DNA of 64,000 nt. Source: an uncultured Actinomycetes bacterium (GTDB lineage Bacteria > Actinomycetota > Thermoleophilia > UBA2241). The translations under genes were made by a program, and so were the position numbers. The notes beneath the pieces were generated by a model. It made no database searches. It was not told the origin of the DNA and saw only the letters and a program-made list of their open reading frames with translations. This document shows positions 41,493 through 51,476 of the stretch, piece by piece; within the stretch, counting starts at the first letter, position 1, and each line of letters opens with the position of its first letter. The DNA lies in assembly GCA_963767005.1 (NCBI GenBank), contig CAVYCN010000004.1, positions 352,001-416,000 on the forward strand, given 5' to 3'.

Positions 41493-43154
41493 GTGAGCAG
41501 GATACCCGCAGCGCGTGCCGTTGTCGCCGTCGTGCTCACGCTGGGTGTCCTGGCCCTGCCGGCCGTGCTCGCGCCCGGCGCCGCGGCCCACGCGCTGCTC
41601 GTACGGGCCCAGCCGGCCGCGAACGGCACGGTCGCCAGCTCACCCCGACTCATCGTGCTCACGTTCAGCGAGCCGGTCGACGCGTCGCTGTCGGCGGCGC
41701 GCATCGTCGACTCCCGGGGTCGCCCCGCGCCCGGCGTGGCGGCCGCCCGCGCCGTCGCCGGCGACCCGTACCAGCTTCGGCTGGCGCTCACGGCCACGCT
41801 GCCACGCGGCGTCTACACGGTCGACTGGCGCACCGTCTCGGCGCTCGACGGCCACGTCGCCGCGGGCGCGTACGCCTTCGGCGTGGGCGTCGCGAACGTC
41901 GGCACGGTCGCGCCCTTTGGCCGGTACGCCAGCACCGCGGCCTGGCTCACGGTGGTCTCGGCGGCGGGGCGCTTCGCGCTGTACGCCGGCCTCGCCGTGC
42001 TGCTCGGCGCCGTCGCCGTCTGTCTTGCGGCCTTCCACGGCCGGCTGCCGGCCGGCGGCGGCCCGCTGCTGTGGGGCGGCTGGCTGCTCGCCGCGGCGGG
42101 CGTCGCGACGGTCACCCTGAGCGAGCGCGCCATCGTGCGCGCGCCGTCGCTGCTGCCGTTCTTTGAGACGCAGGAGGGCGCCATCCTGCTGCTCCTCGGC
42201 CTGACGGCCGCCGTGATCTGCGGCATCGCCCAGGCCGCCTTCGGCATGCTCCCGCGTCCGGCCACGCTGATCGCGCTGGGCGCCGCGGCCGGCCTCACCG
42301 CGCTCGTCGCGGTGTGGGGCAGCCACGCCGACGCGCGGTCGGCCTGGCGGGTCGCCAACCTGGCCGACCAGTGGGTGCACATCGTCGCCGTGGGCGCCTG
42401 GGTCGGCGGCCTGCCCTGGCTGCTGCTCGGCCTGCGCGGCCTCGACGGCCCTGCCCGTGTGACCGCCGTGCGCCGCTTCTCGGCCCTCGCCAGCATCGCC
42501 CTGGCGGTGGTGCTGCTCACCGGGATCGCGCGCGCCGTGCCCGAGGTCGGCGCCCCCGCCGCCCTGGTGCGCACGAGCTTCGGCGTGACGCTGCTCGTCA
42601 AGGTGGCGCTCGTCGCCGGCCTCGTCGCCCTCGGTGCGTTCAACCACTTCCGCAGCGTGCCGGGCCTGAGCCGCGACGCCGAGGCGGTGGGCCCCCTGCG
42701 GCGCGCCCTGCACGGCGAGATCGGCGTGAGCCTGGCCGTGCTCGCGGTGACAGGCATGCTCGGCGGGCTCGCGCCGGCCGCCGTCGCCGCCTCGGCGACG
42801 AAGGCCGGCGCGTCCACTCGCGTGGTGCTGGCCGGCACCGACAGCGCCTCGACGGTGCGCGTCCAGCTGACGATCACGCCCGGCACGGTGGGCCGCAACG
42901 AGTTCGTCGCCCACCTCGCCGACCTCACGCTCGGCGGCGCGCTCGCCGGCGTCGACAGCATCGAGCTCGACTTCACGCTGCCGTCGCAGCCGGCCGTCGC
43001 GCCGATCACCGTGGCGCTCGCGCGAGCGTCCGACGGCACCTGGCGGGGGAGCGCCCGGGCGCCAACGGTCGCCGGCCGCTGGAGCATCGCGGTCGTCGTC
43101 GAGCGGGTGCAGGCGGTCGTCGTGCCGCTCACGTTGCAAGCCCGCGTGCAGTAG
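41493..43154 (+). CDS. CopC-CopD fusion copper transport/resistance protein
   Basis: Signal peptide then HA.L...PA, LTFSEP, Y.V.WR.VS.LDGH (CopC); H.....AWVGGL, RFS, LLVK (CopD). Confidence 0.9.
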   Translation: MSRIPAARAVVAVVLTLGVLALPAVLAPGAAAHALLVRAQPAANGTVASSPRLIVLTFSEPVDASLSAARIVDSRGRPAPGVAAARAVAGDPYQLRLALTATLPRGVYTVDWRTVSALDGHVAAGAYAFGVGVANVGTVAPFGRYASTAAWLTVVSAAGRFALYAGLAVLLGAVAVCLAAFHGRLPAGGGPLLWGGWLLAAAGVATVTLSERAIVRAPSLLPFFETQEGAILLLLGLTAAVICGIAQAAFGMLPRPATLIALGAAAGLTALVAVWGSHADARSAWRVANLADQWVHIVAVGAWVGGLPWLLLGLRGLDGPARVTAVRRFSALASIALAVVLLTGIARAVPEVGAPAALVRTSFGVTLLVKVALVAGLVALGAFNHFRSVPGLSRDAEAVGPLRRALHGEIGVSLAVLAVTGMLGGLAPAAVAASATKAGASTRVVLAGTDSASTVRVQLTITPGTVGRNEFVAHLADLTLGGALAGVDSIELDFTLPSQPAVAPITVALARASDGTWRGSARAPTVAGRWSIAVVVERVQAVVVPLTLQARVQ

Positions 43155-43249
43155 CGGCGTCGACAGTGGGAGGCAGGATCGCGAGCGAGCCGCCGCGGCC
43201 GGCCCGCGGAGTCGCTCGCGGCGGCTCGGCGTCGCGGCCGATCAGCTCG

Positions 43250-45454
43250 TCAGTCGGCCGCGCCGTGCAGGCGCGCCAGCTGCAGGGCGCGCAGCTCGTC
43301 CGGTTCGATGTGACAGAGGTAGTGGTGACCCTCGCTGACCTCGCGCCAGGGCGGCGACACGTTCACGCAGACGTCGCCGAGGAACCGATGGCAGCGGGTG
43401 TGGAACCGGCAGCCGCTCGGCGGCTCGCTCAGGCTGGGCACCGGCCCGCGCAGCTCGATGCGCCGCGAGTGGTGCTCGAAGTCGAGCGTCGGGATGGCCG
43501 ATTCGAGCGCTTCGGTGTAGGGGTGGTGCGGCGCCGTGAAGACCTCGTCGGCGCCGCCGAGCTCCATCAACTTGGCGAGGTACATGACGGCGATGCGGTC
43601 GGACAGGTAGCGCACCACCGCGAGGTCGTGCGAGATGAAGATGTACGACACGCCCTCGGTGGTCTGCAGCTCGGCGAGCAGGTTGAGGATGCTGGCCTGC
43701 ACCGACACGTCGAGCGCCGACGCCGGCTCGTCGCAGACGACGAGCGCCGGCTGCCCGGCGAAGGCGCGGGCGATGGCGATGCGCTGCTTCTGGCCGCCCG
43801 ACAGCTCGCCGGGGCGCGCCTCGAGGTGCTGCTCTTCGACCCGCACCCGCTGTGCGAGCTCGCCGACGCGGCGGTGGGCGGCGTCGCCCTGGAGGCCGCC
43901 GAGCCGCTTGACGGCCCTCGTCAGGATGCTGCTTGCGCTCTTCGCCGGGTTCAGCGTGGCGTCGGGGTTCTGGAAGACCATCTGGATGGCCCGCAGCGTG
44001 TCGGCGCCACGCTTCGAGACCGAGTCGGGCAGCGCGGCGCCGGCGAACCGCATCGTGCCAGCATTGGCCTGGTAGAGTCCGGTCACGCAGTTGGCGAGCG
44101 TCGTCTTGCCGCTGCCCGACTCGCCGACCAGGCCGAGGATCTCGCCGGCGCCGACCTCGATCGAGACGTCGTCGACCGCGATCACGCGCTTGCTGCCGTC
44201 CTTGAAGACCTTGACGACGTGCTCGACGGCGAGCGCGGCCTCGCGCACGATCTCGCGCACCGCGGCGACCTCGGCCGCTTCTGCGACGGGCGACTCGAGC
44301 ACGCCGCCTCCGCCGACCACGGGCTCGGCCGCGCCGACTTCGGTGACCGGGCGCTCCGCCGCCCGCCGCATGGCCGGCACGCGCTCAGAGAAGTAGCAGC
44401 GCGCGCGGCGTGGCGCGGCGGTCGCTCCCTCGAGGGTGTCGAGATCGACGACCGCCGGGTCGGGCGTCGGTCCCGGCCAGGGGAACAGGTCGGGCTCGCG
44501 CCCGCGGCATTCGGGCCGCACGAGCTCGCAACGCGGGGCGAACACGCAGCCGGCAAGGTCGGCGCCGAGGCGCGGCAGAAAGCCGGGGATCGGCACGAGC
44601 GTGGAGCTGTCCTTGCGCGCCCCGAAGCGCGGGACGCAGCGTAGCAAGCCCATCGTGTAAGGGTGGCGCGGATCGGTGAACAGGTCGCGGGCCGGTCCCT
44701 GCTCGACGATCCTGCCCGCGTACATGACCCCGACGCGCTCACACATGCGGGCCACCATGCCCAAGTTGTGGCTGATCAGCAGGATGGCGGCGTCGATGCG
44801 GGTGCGCAGATCGTCGATCAGGTCGAGTACCTCGGCCTCGACTGTGGCGTCGAGGCCGGTCGTGGGCTCGTCGAGCACGAGCAGCCGGGGATCGCCCGAC
44901 AGGGCCATGGCGATCACCACGCGCTGCTGCTGGCCGCCGGAGAGCTGGAACGGGTAGCGCCGCAGGGCGCCGGCGGGATCGGGCATGGCGACGCGCTCGA
45001 GTGAGGCGCGGGCGCTCTCGAGCGCGTCCTTCTTGGCGATGCCGGTGTGGGCGCGGATGACCTCGGTCATCTGGTCGCCGACACGGATCGAGGGGTTGAG
45101 GGCGGTCGCCGGGTCCTGGTAGACCATGCCGAGCTTGGTGCCGCGCACCTCTCGCAGGCGGTCCTCGGACATGGCGAGCATGTTCTCGCCGTCGAAGGTG
45201 ATGGAACCGGAATCGACGCGGCCGTTGCCGGCCAGGTAGCGCATGAGCGCGAGCGCCATCGTCGTCTTGCCGCAGCCCGACTCGCCGACCAGGCCGTAGG
45301 TCTGGGCCGCCCCGATCTGCAGCGAGACGTGCTTGACGACCGGCAGGTCGCGGTCGCGCCGCACGAAGGTCACCGACAGGTCGTCGATGCGCAGCACGGG
45401 GTCGGGCGCGGCGCTTGCGACACCCGGTGAGAGAGTGTCTGAGAACGCGCTCAC
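43250..45454 (-). CDS. Dipeptide/oligopeptide ABC transporter, fused double ATPase (DppD-F)
   Basis: Two GESGxGKT Walker A and two LSGGQ signatures, HPYT, oligo_HPY Cys motifs. Confidence 0.95.
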   Translation of the reverse strand: MSAFSDTLSPGVASAAPDPVLRIDDLSVTFVRRDRDLPVVKHVSLQIGAAQTYGLVGESGCGKTTMALALMRYLAGNGRVDSGSITFDGENMLAMSEDRLREVRGTKLGMVYQDPATALNPSIRVGDQMTEVIRAHTGIAKKDALESARASLERVAMPDPAGALRRYPFQLSGGQQQRVVIAMALSGDPRLLVLDEPTTGLDATVEAEVLDLIDDLRTRIDAAILLISHNLGMVARMCERVGVMYAGRIVEQGPARDLFTDPRHPYTMGLLRCVPRFGARKDSSTLVPIPGFLPRLGADLAGCVFAPRCELVRPECRGREPDLFPWPGPTPDPAVVDLDTLEGATAAPRRARCYFSERVPAMRRAAERPVTEVGAAEPVVGGGGVLESPVAEAAEVAAVREIVREAALAVEHVVKVFKDGSKRVIAVDDVSIEVGAGEILGLVGESGSGKTTLANCVTGLYQANAGTMRFAGAALPDSVSKRGADTLRAIQMVFQNPDATLNPAKSASSILTRAVKRLGGLQGDAAHRRVGELAQRVRVEEQHLEARPGELSGGQKQRIAIARAFAGQPALVVCDEPASALDVSVQASILNLLAELQTTEGVSYIFISHDLAVVRYLSDRIAVMYLAKLMELGGADEVFTAPHHPYTEALESAIPTLDFEHHSRRIELRGPVPSLSEPPSGCRFHTRCHRFLGDVCVNVSPPWREVSEGHHYLCHIEPDELRALQLARLHGAAD

Positions 45455-45458
45455 GCCG

Positions 45459-46370
45459 TCAATCCGCGAGCGCCTTGCGCACGCCGTCGGCGATCAGGTT
45501 GGCGCCGACCACAAGGGAGGCCAGGGCCAGGGCCGGGAACAGCACGGTCCACCAGGCCGTCTGCAGGTACTGGTAGTCGTTCGAGATGGTGAGGCCCCAG
45601 TCGGGCGAGGGGGGCTGCACGCCGAAGCCCAGGAAGGCGAGGCCCGCCGCGGTGAAGACGGCGTAGCCGAGCCGCACGGTGCCCTCGACGATGACCGGCG
45701 GCAGGATGTTCGGCAGGATCTCCGAGGTCAGGATGTAGAAGGACGGTTCGCCCCGCAGCTTGGCCGCCTGTACGTACTCCTTCTGACTCTCCGACACGGC
45801 GGCGGCGCGGATCGTGCGGGCCACCGGCGCCGAGAAGAGCATACCGATCACGAGGATGATCACCGGGATGGAGCGCCCCAGCGCGGCGACGGCGACGATC
45901 GCCGCGACGATCACCGGCAGCGCCAGCACCACGTCGACGAGCCGCATGATGATCTCGTCGCGCGTGCCGGCCAGGAAGCCCGAGAGCAGGCCCACGCCGC
46001 CGCCCACCAGCAGACAGAGCACGGTGGCGAGGGGGGCGATGATGAGCACGGTGCGCGCGCCCGCCAGCGTGCGCGACAGCACATCGCGTCCCGCTTCGTC
46101 CGTCCCGAACCAGTGGGCCGCGCTCGGGTGCGCGAAGGAATGCAGCGGGTCGATCGTGTAGGGGCCGTACTTGGTGACGTGGACCGAGAACAGCGCCATG
46201 AAGACCCAGAACAGCAGGATGGCGAGCCCGACCAGGAACGTCGGGCTGCGGCGCAGCGAGCGCAGCACGTACCGCCGGCGCAGCGCCTGCTCCGACTCTT
46301 CCGGCGGCGACGGCGTGGCCGTCGCGGGGACGAGCGGGTCGATCTCTCCCGGCGACTGCAGCACGCTCAA
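45459..46370 (-). CDS. Peptide ABC transporter permease (DppC-like)
   Basis: HWFGTDEAGRD, EYVQAA, FLGFGVQPP.PDWG; GGAGG + TTG start. Confidence 0.92.
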   Translation of the reverse strand: MSVLQSPGEIDPLVPATATPSPPEESEQALRRRYVLRSLRRSPTFLVGLAILLFWVFMALFSVHVTKYGPYTIDPLHSFAHPSAAHWFGTDEAGRDVLSRTLAGARTVLIIAPLATVLCLLVGGGVGLLSGFLAGTRDEIIMRLVDVVLALPVIVAAIVAVAALGRSIPVIILVIGMLFSAPVARTIRAAAVSESQKEYVQAAKLRGEPSFYILTSEILPNILPPVIVEGTVRLGYAVFTAAGLAFLGFGVQPPSPDWGLTISNDYQYLQTAWWTVLFPALALASLVVGANLIADGVRKALAD

Positions 46371-46408
46371 CGCGCGCCCCTCCCCCCGGTCGCCGCGACG
46401 CGCACCGC

Positions 46409-47356
46409 CTACCTCCCGTACCTGACGCGCGGGTTGAGCAGGGCGACGATGACGTCGGCGCCCAGGTTGGAGAGCATGTAGATGACGGCGACGACCAGCA
46501 CGGTCGCCTCGAGCGTAGGGAAGTCCTTGTAGGTCGCCGAGTTGTAGATGAGGAAGCCGATACCCGGGTACACGAAGAGTCTTTCGACGATGACCAGACC
46601 GCCGACCAGCCAGCCGATCTGGGTGCCGATCACGGCGACGGTCGGCGCCATGGCGTTGCGCAGCGCGTGCCCGAACACGACGCGCCGCCGGGGCAGGCCG
46701 TTCAGCGTGGCGGTGCGGATGTAGGGCATGCTGAGGGCCTCGATCATGCCGGCCCGCGCCATGCGGGCGATGTAGCCCATCTCGATGAACATGAGCGGGA
46801 TGGCCGGCAGGAGCAGGTAGTAGATGCGAGTGAGCGGGCCGGCGCCGGGGGGCGGGGTCGCCGGATAGTGAAAGACTTTGAGGAACACGACGAACAGGAC
46901 GGCCAGCACGACGCCGCTCACGAACTCGGGGATGACGGTGAGCGACAGGCTGGTCACCGTGATGACCCGGTCGGCGATGCCGTCGCGGTGCAGGGCCGCC
47001 GTCACCCCCAGCACGATCGCCAGGGGGATGATGATGACGAGCGCCACCAATGCGAGCTGGATCGAGGCCCAGAGGCGCTGCATGGTGAGCGAGAAGATCG
47101 GCACGCCCTGGTTCCACGACGTGCCCCAGTGCAGCACGACGAAGCCGCCGAGCCAGTCCACGTAGCGCACCAGCAGGGGCCGGTCGACGCCGAGCTGGTG
47201 GTCGACCTGGGCGACCTGTGAAGCCGAGGCGTAGGGACCGAGCTTGACGCGGCCGGGATCGCCGGGCACGACCTGCAGCATGAGAAAGACGACCAGCGAC
47301 AGCAGGAGCAGCGACGGTATGAAGAGGAGGAGGCGGCGGACGATCAGCCGGCCCAC
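46409..47356 (-). CDS. Peptide ABC transporter permease (DppB-like)
   Basis: PGDP, Y.RTA...GL, HALRNA, VE..F.YPG.G. Confidence 0.93.
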   Translation of the reverse strand: MGRLIVRRLLLFIPSLLLLSLVVFLMLQVVPGDPGRVKLGPYASASQVAQVDHQLGVDRPLLVRYVDWLGGFVVLHWGTSWNQGVPIFSLTMQRLWASIQLALVALVIIIPLAIVLGVTAALHRDGIADRVITVTSLSLTVIPEFVSGVVLAVLFVVFLKVFHYPATPPPGAGPLTRIYYLLLPAIPLMFIEMGYIARMARAGMIEALSMPYIRTATLNGLPRRRVVFGHALRNAMAPTVAVIGTQIGWLVGGLVIVERLFVYPGIGFLIYNSATYKDFPTLEATVLVVAVIYMLSNLGADVIVALLNPRVRYGR

Positions 47357-47414
47357 ACCGCCTCCTCCGCTGTCAGATCACGCGATCGTTCGATGACGCT
47401 CTGCCGCGAGTCGT

Positions 47415-49064
47415 CTACGACAGGTAGGTCGTGGTCAGGTCGAGGAACTCGGCCGGGTCGGAGGTGAGACCGTTCACGTTCTTCTTCATGGCCCGGTTGA
47501 CGTTGATCCAGTACGAGATGATCGAGGGCGTCTCGTCGGTCAGGATGCCGGCGGCTGTGGCGGCGTACTGGCGCCGCTTGGCCTCGTCGAGCGTGGTGTC
47601 GTAGCCCTTGGCGGCCGCGTCGAAGGCGGCGTCCCTGAAGTGCGACGAGTTCCACACGCCGTTCGACGTGAAGGCCGGCAGGAAGTACTGCGAGGGCACG
47701 CCGCGGAAGGTCCAGTCGGTGATGCCCATCGGCACCTGCAGCCAGGGCTGGTTCTTGCCCGAGCCGTAGTAGTAGGTGACCGTCACCTGGTTCAGCTTCA
47801 GGTCGATGCCGGCCTGCTTGGCCATGGCCTGCAGCAGGGTGGCGTACTGCGGCACCTCCTCGAACTCCTCGACCGTGAGGTTCATGGTGATGCCGCTCGA
47901 GTAGCCCGCCGAAGCCAGCAGCGACTTGGCCTTGGCGATGTCCTGGGCGCGCTGCGGGATGGTCTTCGGCGCGAGCGGATAGAGCGGGCAGAAGACGTTG
48001 TCGTTGCCGACCTGGGCCTTGCCGTTGAACAGGTTGGCGACCAGGGCGGGACGGTCGATCGTGTAGGCGAGCGCCTGGCGCACGGCCTTATTGGTGAAGG
48101 GCGCCGTGTCGACCCGCATGTGCAGGAATCGGCTCTGCGTCGAGGGTGTCGTCAGGACCTTGAGGTTCGTATCGGTGAAGAGTGCCTGGGCGCCCTGGAC
48201 CGGCGTGGTCAGCATCACGTCGCTGCTGCCCGACTGCAGGGCCAGCGCCTCGGCCTGCGTCTCGTCGATGAACTGCACGCTGACGCCGTCGAGATAGGGC
48301 TTGCCCGTCTGCCAGTAAGTCGGGTTCTTGACGAACGTGGCGCCCTGCTTGGGTGTGAACTTGGTCATCTTGAAGGGCCCGGTGCCGACCGGGTCGCTCT
48401 GCCAGGTGCCGGCCTTGAAGGTCGTCGGCAGGATCAGGCAGTCGTAGTTGGTCGAAGCCACGAAGTAGGGGAAGTCGGCGAAGGGTGAGTCGAGGTGGAA
48501 GGCGACCGTGCTGTCGTCGACCTTCTGCACGCCGCCCTGTGAGAGGATGCCCTGGAACGAGGCGAGCGCCGCCGAGACCGTCTTGGGGTTGAGCAGGATG
48601 TTCATGGTAAAGACGACGTCGTCGGCGCCGAAGGGCTTGCCGTCCTGGAACTTGACGCCCTGCTGCAGGTTGAAGGTCCAGACAGTGGCATCAGAGTTGG
48701 GCGACCAGCTCTTGGCGAGCACCGGGCGCAGGCTCAGGTCGTTGTTGACCCAGATGAGGTACTCGGCCACCTGCTGGGCGATGGCGATCGAGCCGGTGTC
48801 GTACATGGTGGTCGGGTCGACCGTGACGGTCGGCGAGGGCATAGTGACCTTGAGTGTGCCGCCCGCCTTGGGTGCGCTCGACGGTGAGGTCGAGCTCGAC
48901 GGCGACGAGCCGCCGCAGGCGATCAGGACCTGGCCCAGCAGAGTGGCCGACAGGCCTACTACACTGGCGCGCACCAGCAGCTGACGCCGCGTCATGCGGC
49001 CCCCCAGGACCTCATGCAGAAGGTGGTCGGCGTACTCGCGCTGGAACGGAGTGTCGCTCGTCAT
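47415..49064 (-). CDS. Peptide/nickel ABC substrate-binding lipoprotein (family 5), Tat-like signal
   Basis: MTRRQLL twin-arginine, LIAC lipobox, LA.SW, WTF.L..GVKF.DG, PVGTGPF. Confidence 0.92.
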   Translation of the reverse strand: MTSDTPFQREYADHLLHEVLGGRMTRRQLLVRASVVGLSATLLGQVLIACGGSSPSSSTSPSSAPKAGGTLKVTMPSPTVTVDPTTMYDTGSIAIAQQVAEYLIWVNNDLSLRPVLAKSWSPNSDATVWTFNLQQGVKFQDGKPFGADDVVFTMNILLNPKTVSAALASFQGILSQGGVQKVDDSTVAFHLDSPFADFPYFVASTNYDCLILPTTFKAGTWQSDPVGTGPFKMTKFTPKQGATFVKNPTYWQTGKPYLDGVSVQFIDETQAEALALQSGSSDVMLTTPVQGAQALFTDTNLKVLTTPSTQSRFLHMRVDTAPFTNKAVRQALAYTIDRPALVANLFNGKAQVGNDNVFCPLYPLAPKTIPQRAQDIAKAKSLLASAGYSSGITMNLTVEEFEEVPQYATLLQAMAKQAGIDLKLNQVTVTYYYGSGKNQPWLQVPMGITDWTFRGVPSQYFLPAFTSNGVWNSSHFRDAAFDAAAKGYDTTLDEAKRRQYAATAAGILTDETPSIISYWINVNRAMKKNVNGLTSDPAEFLDLTTTYLS

Positions 49065-49233
49065 GGCATCCCCCCAGGGTGAGGCTCGGAAGTCCGGCCC
49101 ATTGTAGGTGCGCGATCAGAGTACATACAAGTCGGGACGAGGTCACCGTGTAATGTATGCGACACTATCTGCAACGTACGGGCCGACCCGCCATGGGGCG
49201 GAGCGGCGCAGCGGCCATCAAGCGAGGGAAGCG

Positions 49234-49752
49234 ATGCTGGACCAGCGTATGCAGGAAGCCCTGAACAGGCAGATCAACGCCGAGCTCTACTCGGCCTACC
49301 TGTATCTGTCGATGTCCGCCCAGTTCGCCGAGCTCGGCATGGCCGGCGGTCAGAACTGGATGCACGTGCAGTTCCAGGAGGAGCTCTTTCACGTCCAGAA
49401 GTTCTTCGACTACGTCGTGGAGCGCGGTGGCCGGGTGCTGCTCGCCACCATCGACCAGCCCGACCAGCAGTGGCCCTCGGCCCTGGCCATCTTCGAGCAC
49501 GCACTCGCCCACGAGCAGATGGTCACCGGCCTGATCAACGGCCTCGCCGACCTCGCCCTGGAGCTGCGCGACCACGCCACACTCCAGGAGCTGCAGTGGT
49601 TCATCGGCGAGCAGGTCGAAGAAGAGGCGACCGCCGACGACATGGTCAAGAAGCTGCGCCTCGTCGAGGGCGCTCCCGGCGGCCTCTACGAGATCGACAA
49701 GGAGCTCGCCGCGCGCATCTACACGCCACCGGCCGCGGCGTCGCAGGCGTAG
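49234..49752 (+). CDS. ftnA: Non-heme ferritin
   Basis: LNRQINAELYSAYLYLSM, EE..H, HE, LQWFI.EQVEEE. Confidence 0.9.
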   Translation: MLDQRMQEALNRQINAELYSAYLYLSMSAQFAELGMAGGQNWMHVQFQEELFHVQKFFDYVVERGGRVLLATIDQPDQQWPSALAIFEHALAHEQMVTGLINGLADLALELRDHATLQELQWFIGEQVEEEATADDMVKKLRLVEGAPGGLYEIDKELAARIYTPPAAASQA

Positions 49753-49824
49753 CGCCGTTCTGGAGCAGCGGACGGGGGCGGGGCAGGACCGACTGCCCAA
49801 GCGTCGGCGAAAGGAGAGCGGCCG

Positions 49825-50229
49825 TGCCTACCCGAGGAGCCGCGGCGCCGTCCGCGGAGGGCGCCGCGCCGCGGCTGCACCTGGCACGCCAGGGCGAGAC
49901 GGCTGCGGCCCGCGACGGGCGGTTCTGTGGCGTCACCGAGTGCGAGCTGACCGCCGATGGGCTGCGCATGGCGGCGCTGCTCGCGGAGCGCTGCGCCGCG
50001 GCGGGGCGGAGAGACCGGCTATGAGGTGGCGGCCCGGGCGGCGCCGGTCGTCGACTCGCTCCGCTCGGCATTCCGCGACGGCGACGTGCTGGTCGTCAGT
50101 CACAAGGCGACGATCCGGGTGCTCGTCTGCGCGCTCCTGGGGATCGACGTCGACCGCTATCGGGCCCGCCTCGCCTGCCCGCCCGGCTCGGTCACCACGT
50201 TCGAGCTGCGCGGCGGCGATCCGGCGTAG
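49825..50229 (+). pseudogene. Degraded histidine phosphatase (phosphoglycerate mutase family) gene
   Basis: One frame gives LHLARQGET...FCG..E.ELT..G (RHG degenerate to RQG), stopping at 50024. Another frame gives GET..EVAARA...VLVVSHKATIR. The middle of the fold is missing, indicating deletion plus frameshift. Confidence 0.7.
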
Positions 50230-50237
50230 CTCGCGGC

Positions 50238-50681
50238 CTACGCCTCCTCGAGGGTCGCCGCGACGCTGAGCGCGACGTTGCCCTTCAGGGCGTGGGAGAT
50301 CGGGCAGCCGTCCTTGGCGGCGGTGGCGGCGAGCTCGAAGGCCGTCTGATCGAGGCCGGGGACGACGCCCCGCACCTCGAGGCGCGAGCTCTCCACGCCG
50401 GAGCCGGCGTCGCTTTGGGCGAAGGTCACGGTGGCGGTGACGGCGAGCCGCCCGGGAGGTGTGCCGGCCTCGGTCAGGCCGTGCGAGAGGGCCATCGCGA
50501 AGCAGGCCGCGTGGGCGCCGGCGAGCAGCTCCTCGGGGCTCGTCCGGCCCGCGGATCGGGCTGTGCGTGAGGCCCAGGTGACCGGCAGCTCGGGGGCGAC
50601 GCCGCTCGTCAGGCGCAGCCGGCCGGCTCCCTGCGTGAGCGTTCCATTCCAGGTCACCTCGGCGCGGCTCTCGGCTGACAT
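50238..50681 (-). CDS. osmC: OsmC family peroxiredoxin
   Basis: W.G.L..G.G, TSPEELLAGAHAACF, AK.GCPIS.AL. Confidence 0.9.
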   Translation of the reverse strand: MSAESRAEVTWNGTLTQGAGRLRLTSGVAPELPVTWASRTARSAGRTSPEELLAGAHAACFAMALSHGLTEAGTPPGRLAVTATVTFAQSDAGSGVESSRLEVRGVVPGLDQTAFELAATAAKDGCPISHALKGNVALSVAATLEEA

Positions 50682-50742
50682 CGTGGCTCCTCTCCTCGGA
50701 TGGCGGACGTGCGGTGGCCCCTACGTACCCCGAAACTGCCCC

Positions 50743-51420
50743 CTACGTACCTCGCGGCCCCTGAGGAGCTCGAGACCTGCCGGTCGCCTGCGCATCGCCG
50801 GCCAGATGGCGGTTCCAGGCGGCGAGCACCTCGGGCGCGTAGCGCCCGAGACGCTCGCCGCTAACCGTGCTGTGCGGCGTGCGATCGGGCTGGAGATGGA
50901 CGACCTCAGCGCCCGCGTACACGACGAAGTCGGCGATCATCGAGCGGTGGCAGCGCCACCAGAGGGCTTCGCCGCACATGATCGCGAGATCGGTGCGGCG
51001 GCCGGCGAGCAGCAGCTCGCCGGCCGCCGCCAGAAAGGCCGGGGTCGCCATGTGCCACATGTAGTTCTCGAAGCTCTCGTTGTGCCAGCGCCGGGTCGGA
51101 GCCGTTGCCGGGAACAGGGTGAGCTCGTCGCCGGGCGGGGCGGCGGCGGAGGTCGTCGGGGCAGTCCCGGCGCCGTTCGTGGGGACCTCGGAGGGCGGCG
51201 CGGGGCGCCGCGGCGCCCCGCGCCGCCCTCCGAGGTCCTTCACCCAGCGGTAGCGCACGCCGGCCGCCGGCAGCCGGCGCTCGAGTTCGGCGCGCGCGAA
51301 CCAGGGCCAGTGCGACGAGGGGTACGAGCGGACGTCCCAGAGCTCCATCGCCGGGGCGCCCGCGAGCAGCGCGAGGAACTCGTCGGGCCCGAGCGAGGAG
51401 TGCCCGATGCTGTAGATCAC
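50743..51420 (-). CDS. DUF488 family protein
   Basis: IYSIGHS, DVRSYPSS, LGGRR, W.N.SF..Y..HM, MC.E..WWRCHRSMIAD. Confidence 0.88.
   Translation of the reverse strand: MIYSIGHSSLGPDEFLALLAGAPAMELWDVRSYPSSHWPWFARAELERRLPAAGVRYRWVKDLGGRRGAPRRPAPPSEVPTNGAGTAPTTSAAAPPGDELTLFPATAPTRRWHNESFENYMWHMATPAFLAAAGELLLAGRRTDLAIMCGEALWWRCHRSMIADFVVYAGAEVVHLQPDRTPHSTVSGERLGRYAPEVLAAWNRHLAGDAQATGRSRAPQGPRGT
51183..51238. repeat. Perfect 56-bp loopless palindrome inside the DUF488 CDS
   Basis: GGACCTCGGAGGGCGGCGCGGGGCGCCG|CGGCGCCCCGCGCCGCCCTCCGAGGTCC. Confidence 0.95.
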
Positions 51421-51476
51421 CTCGGCTCACCTTCCCTGAAGCACTGCACGTCGATCGGCCGAGAGGATAGAGTAGC

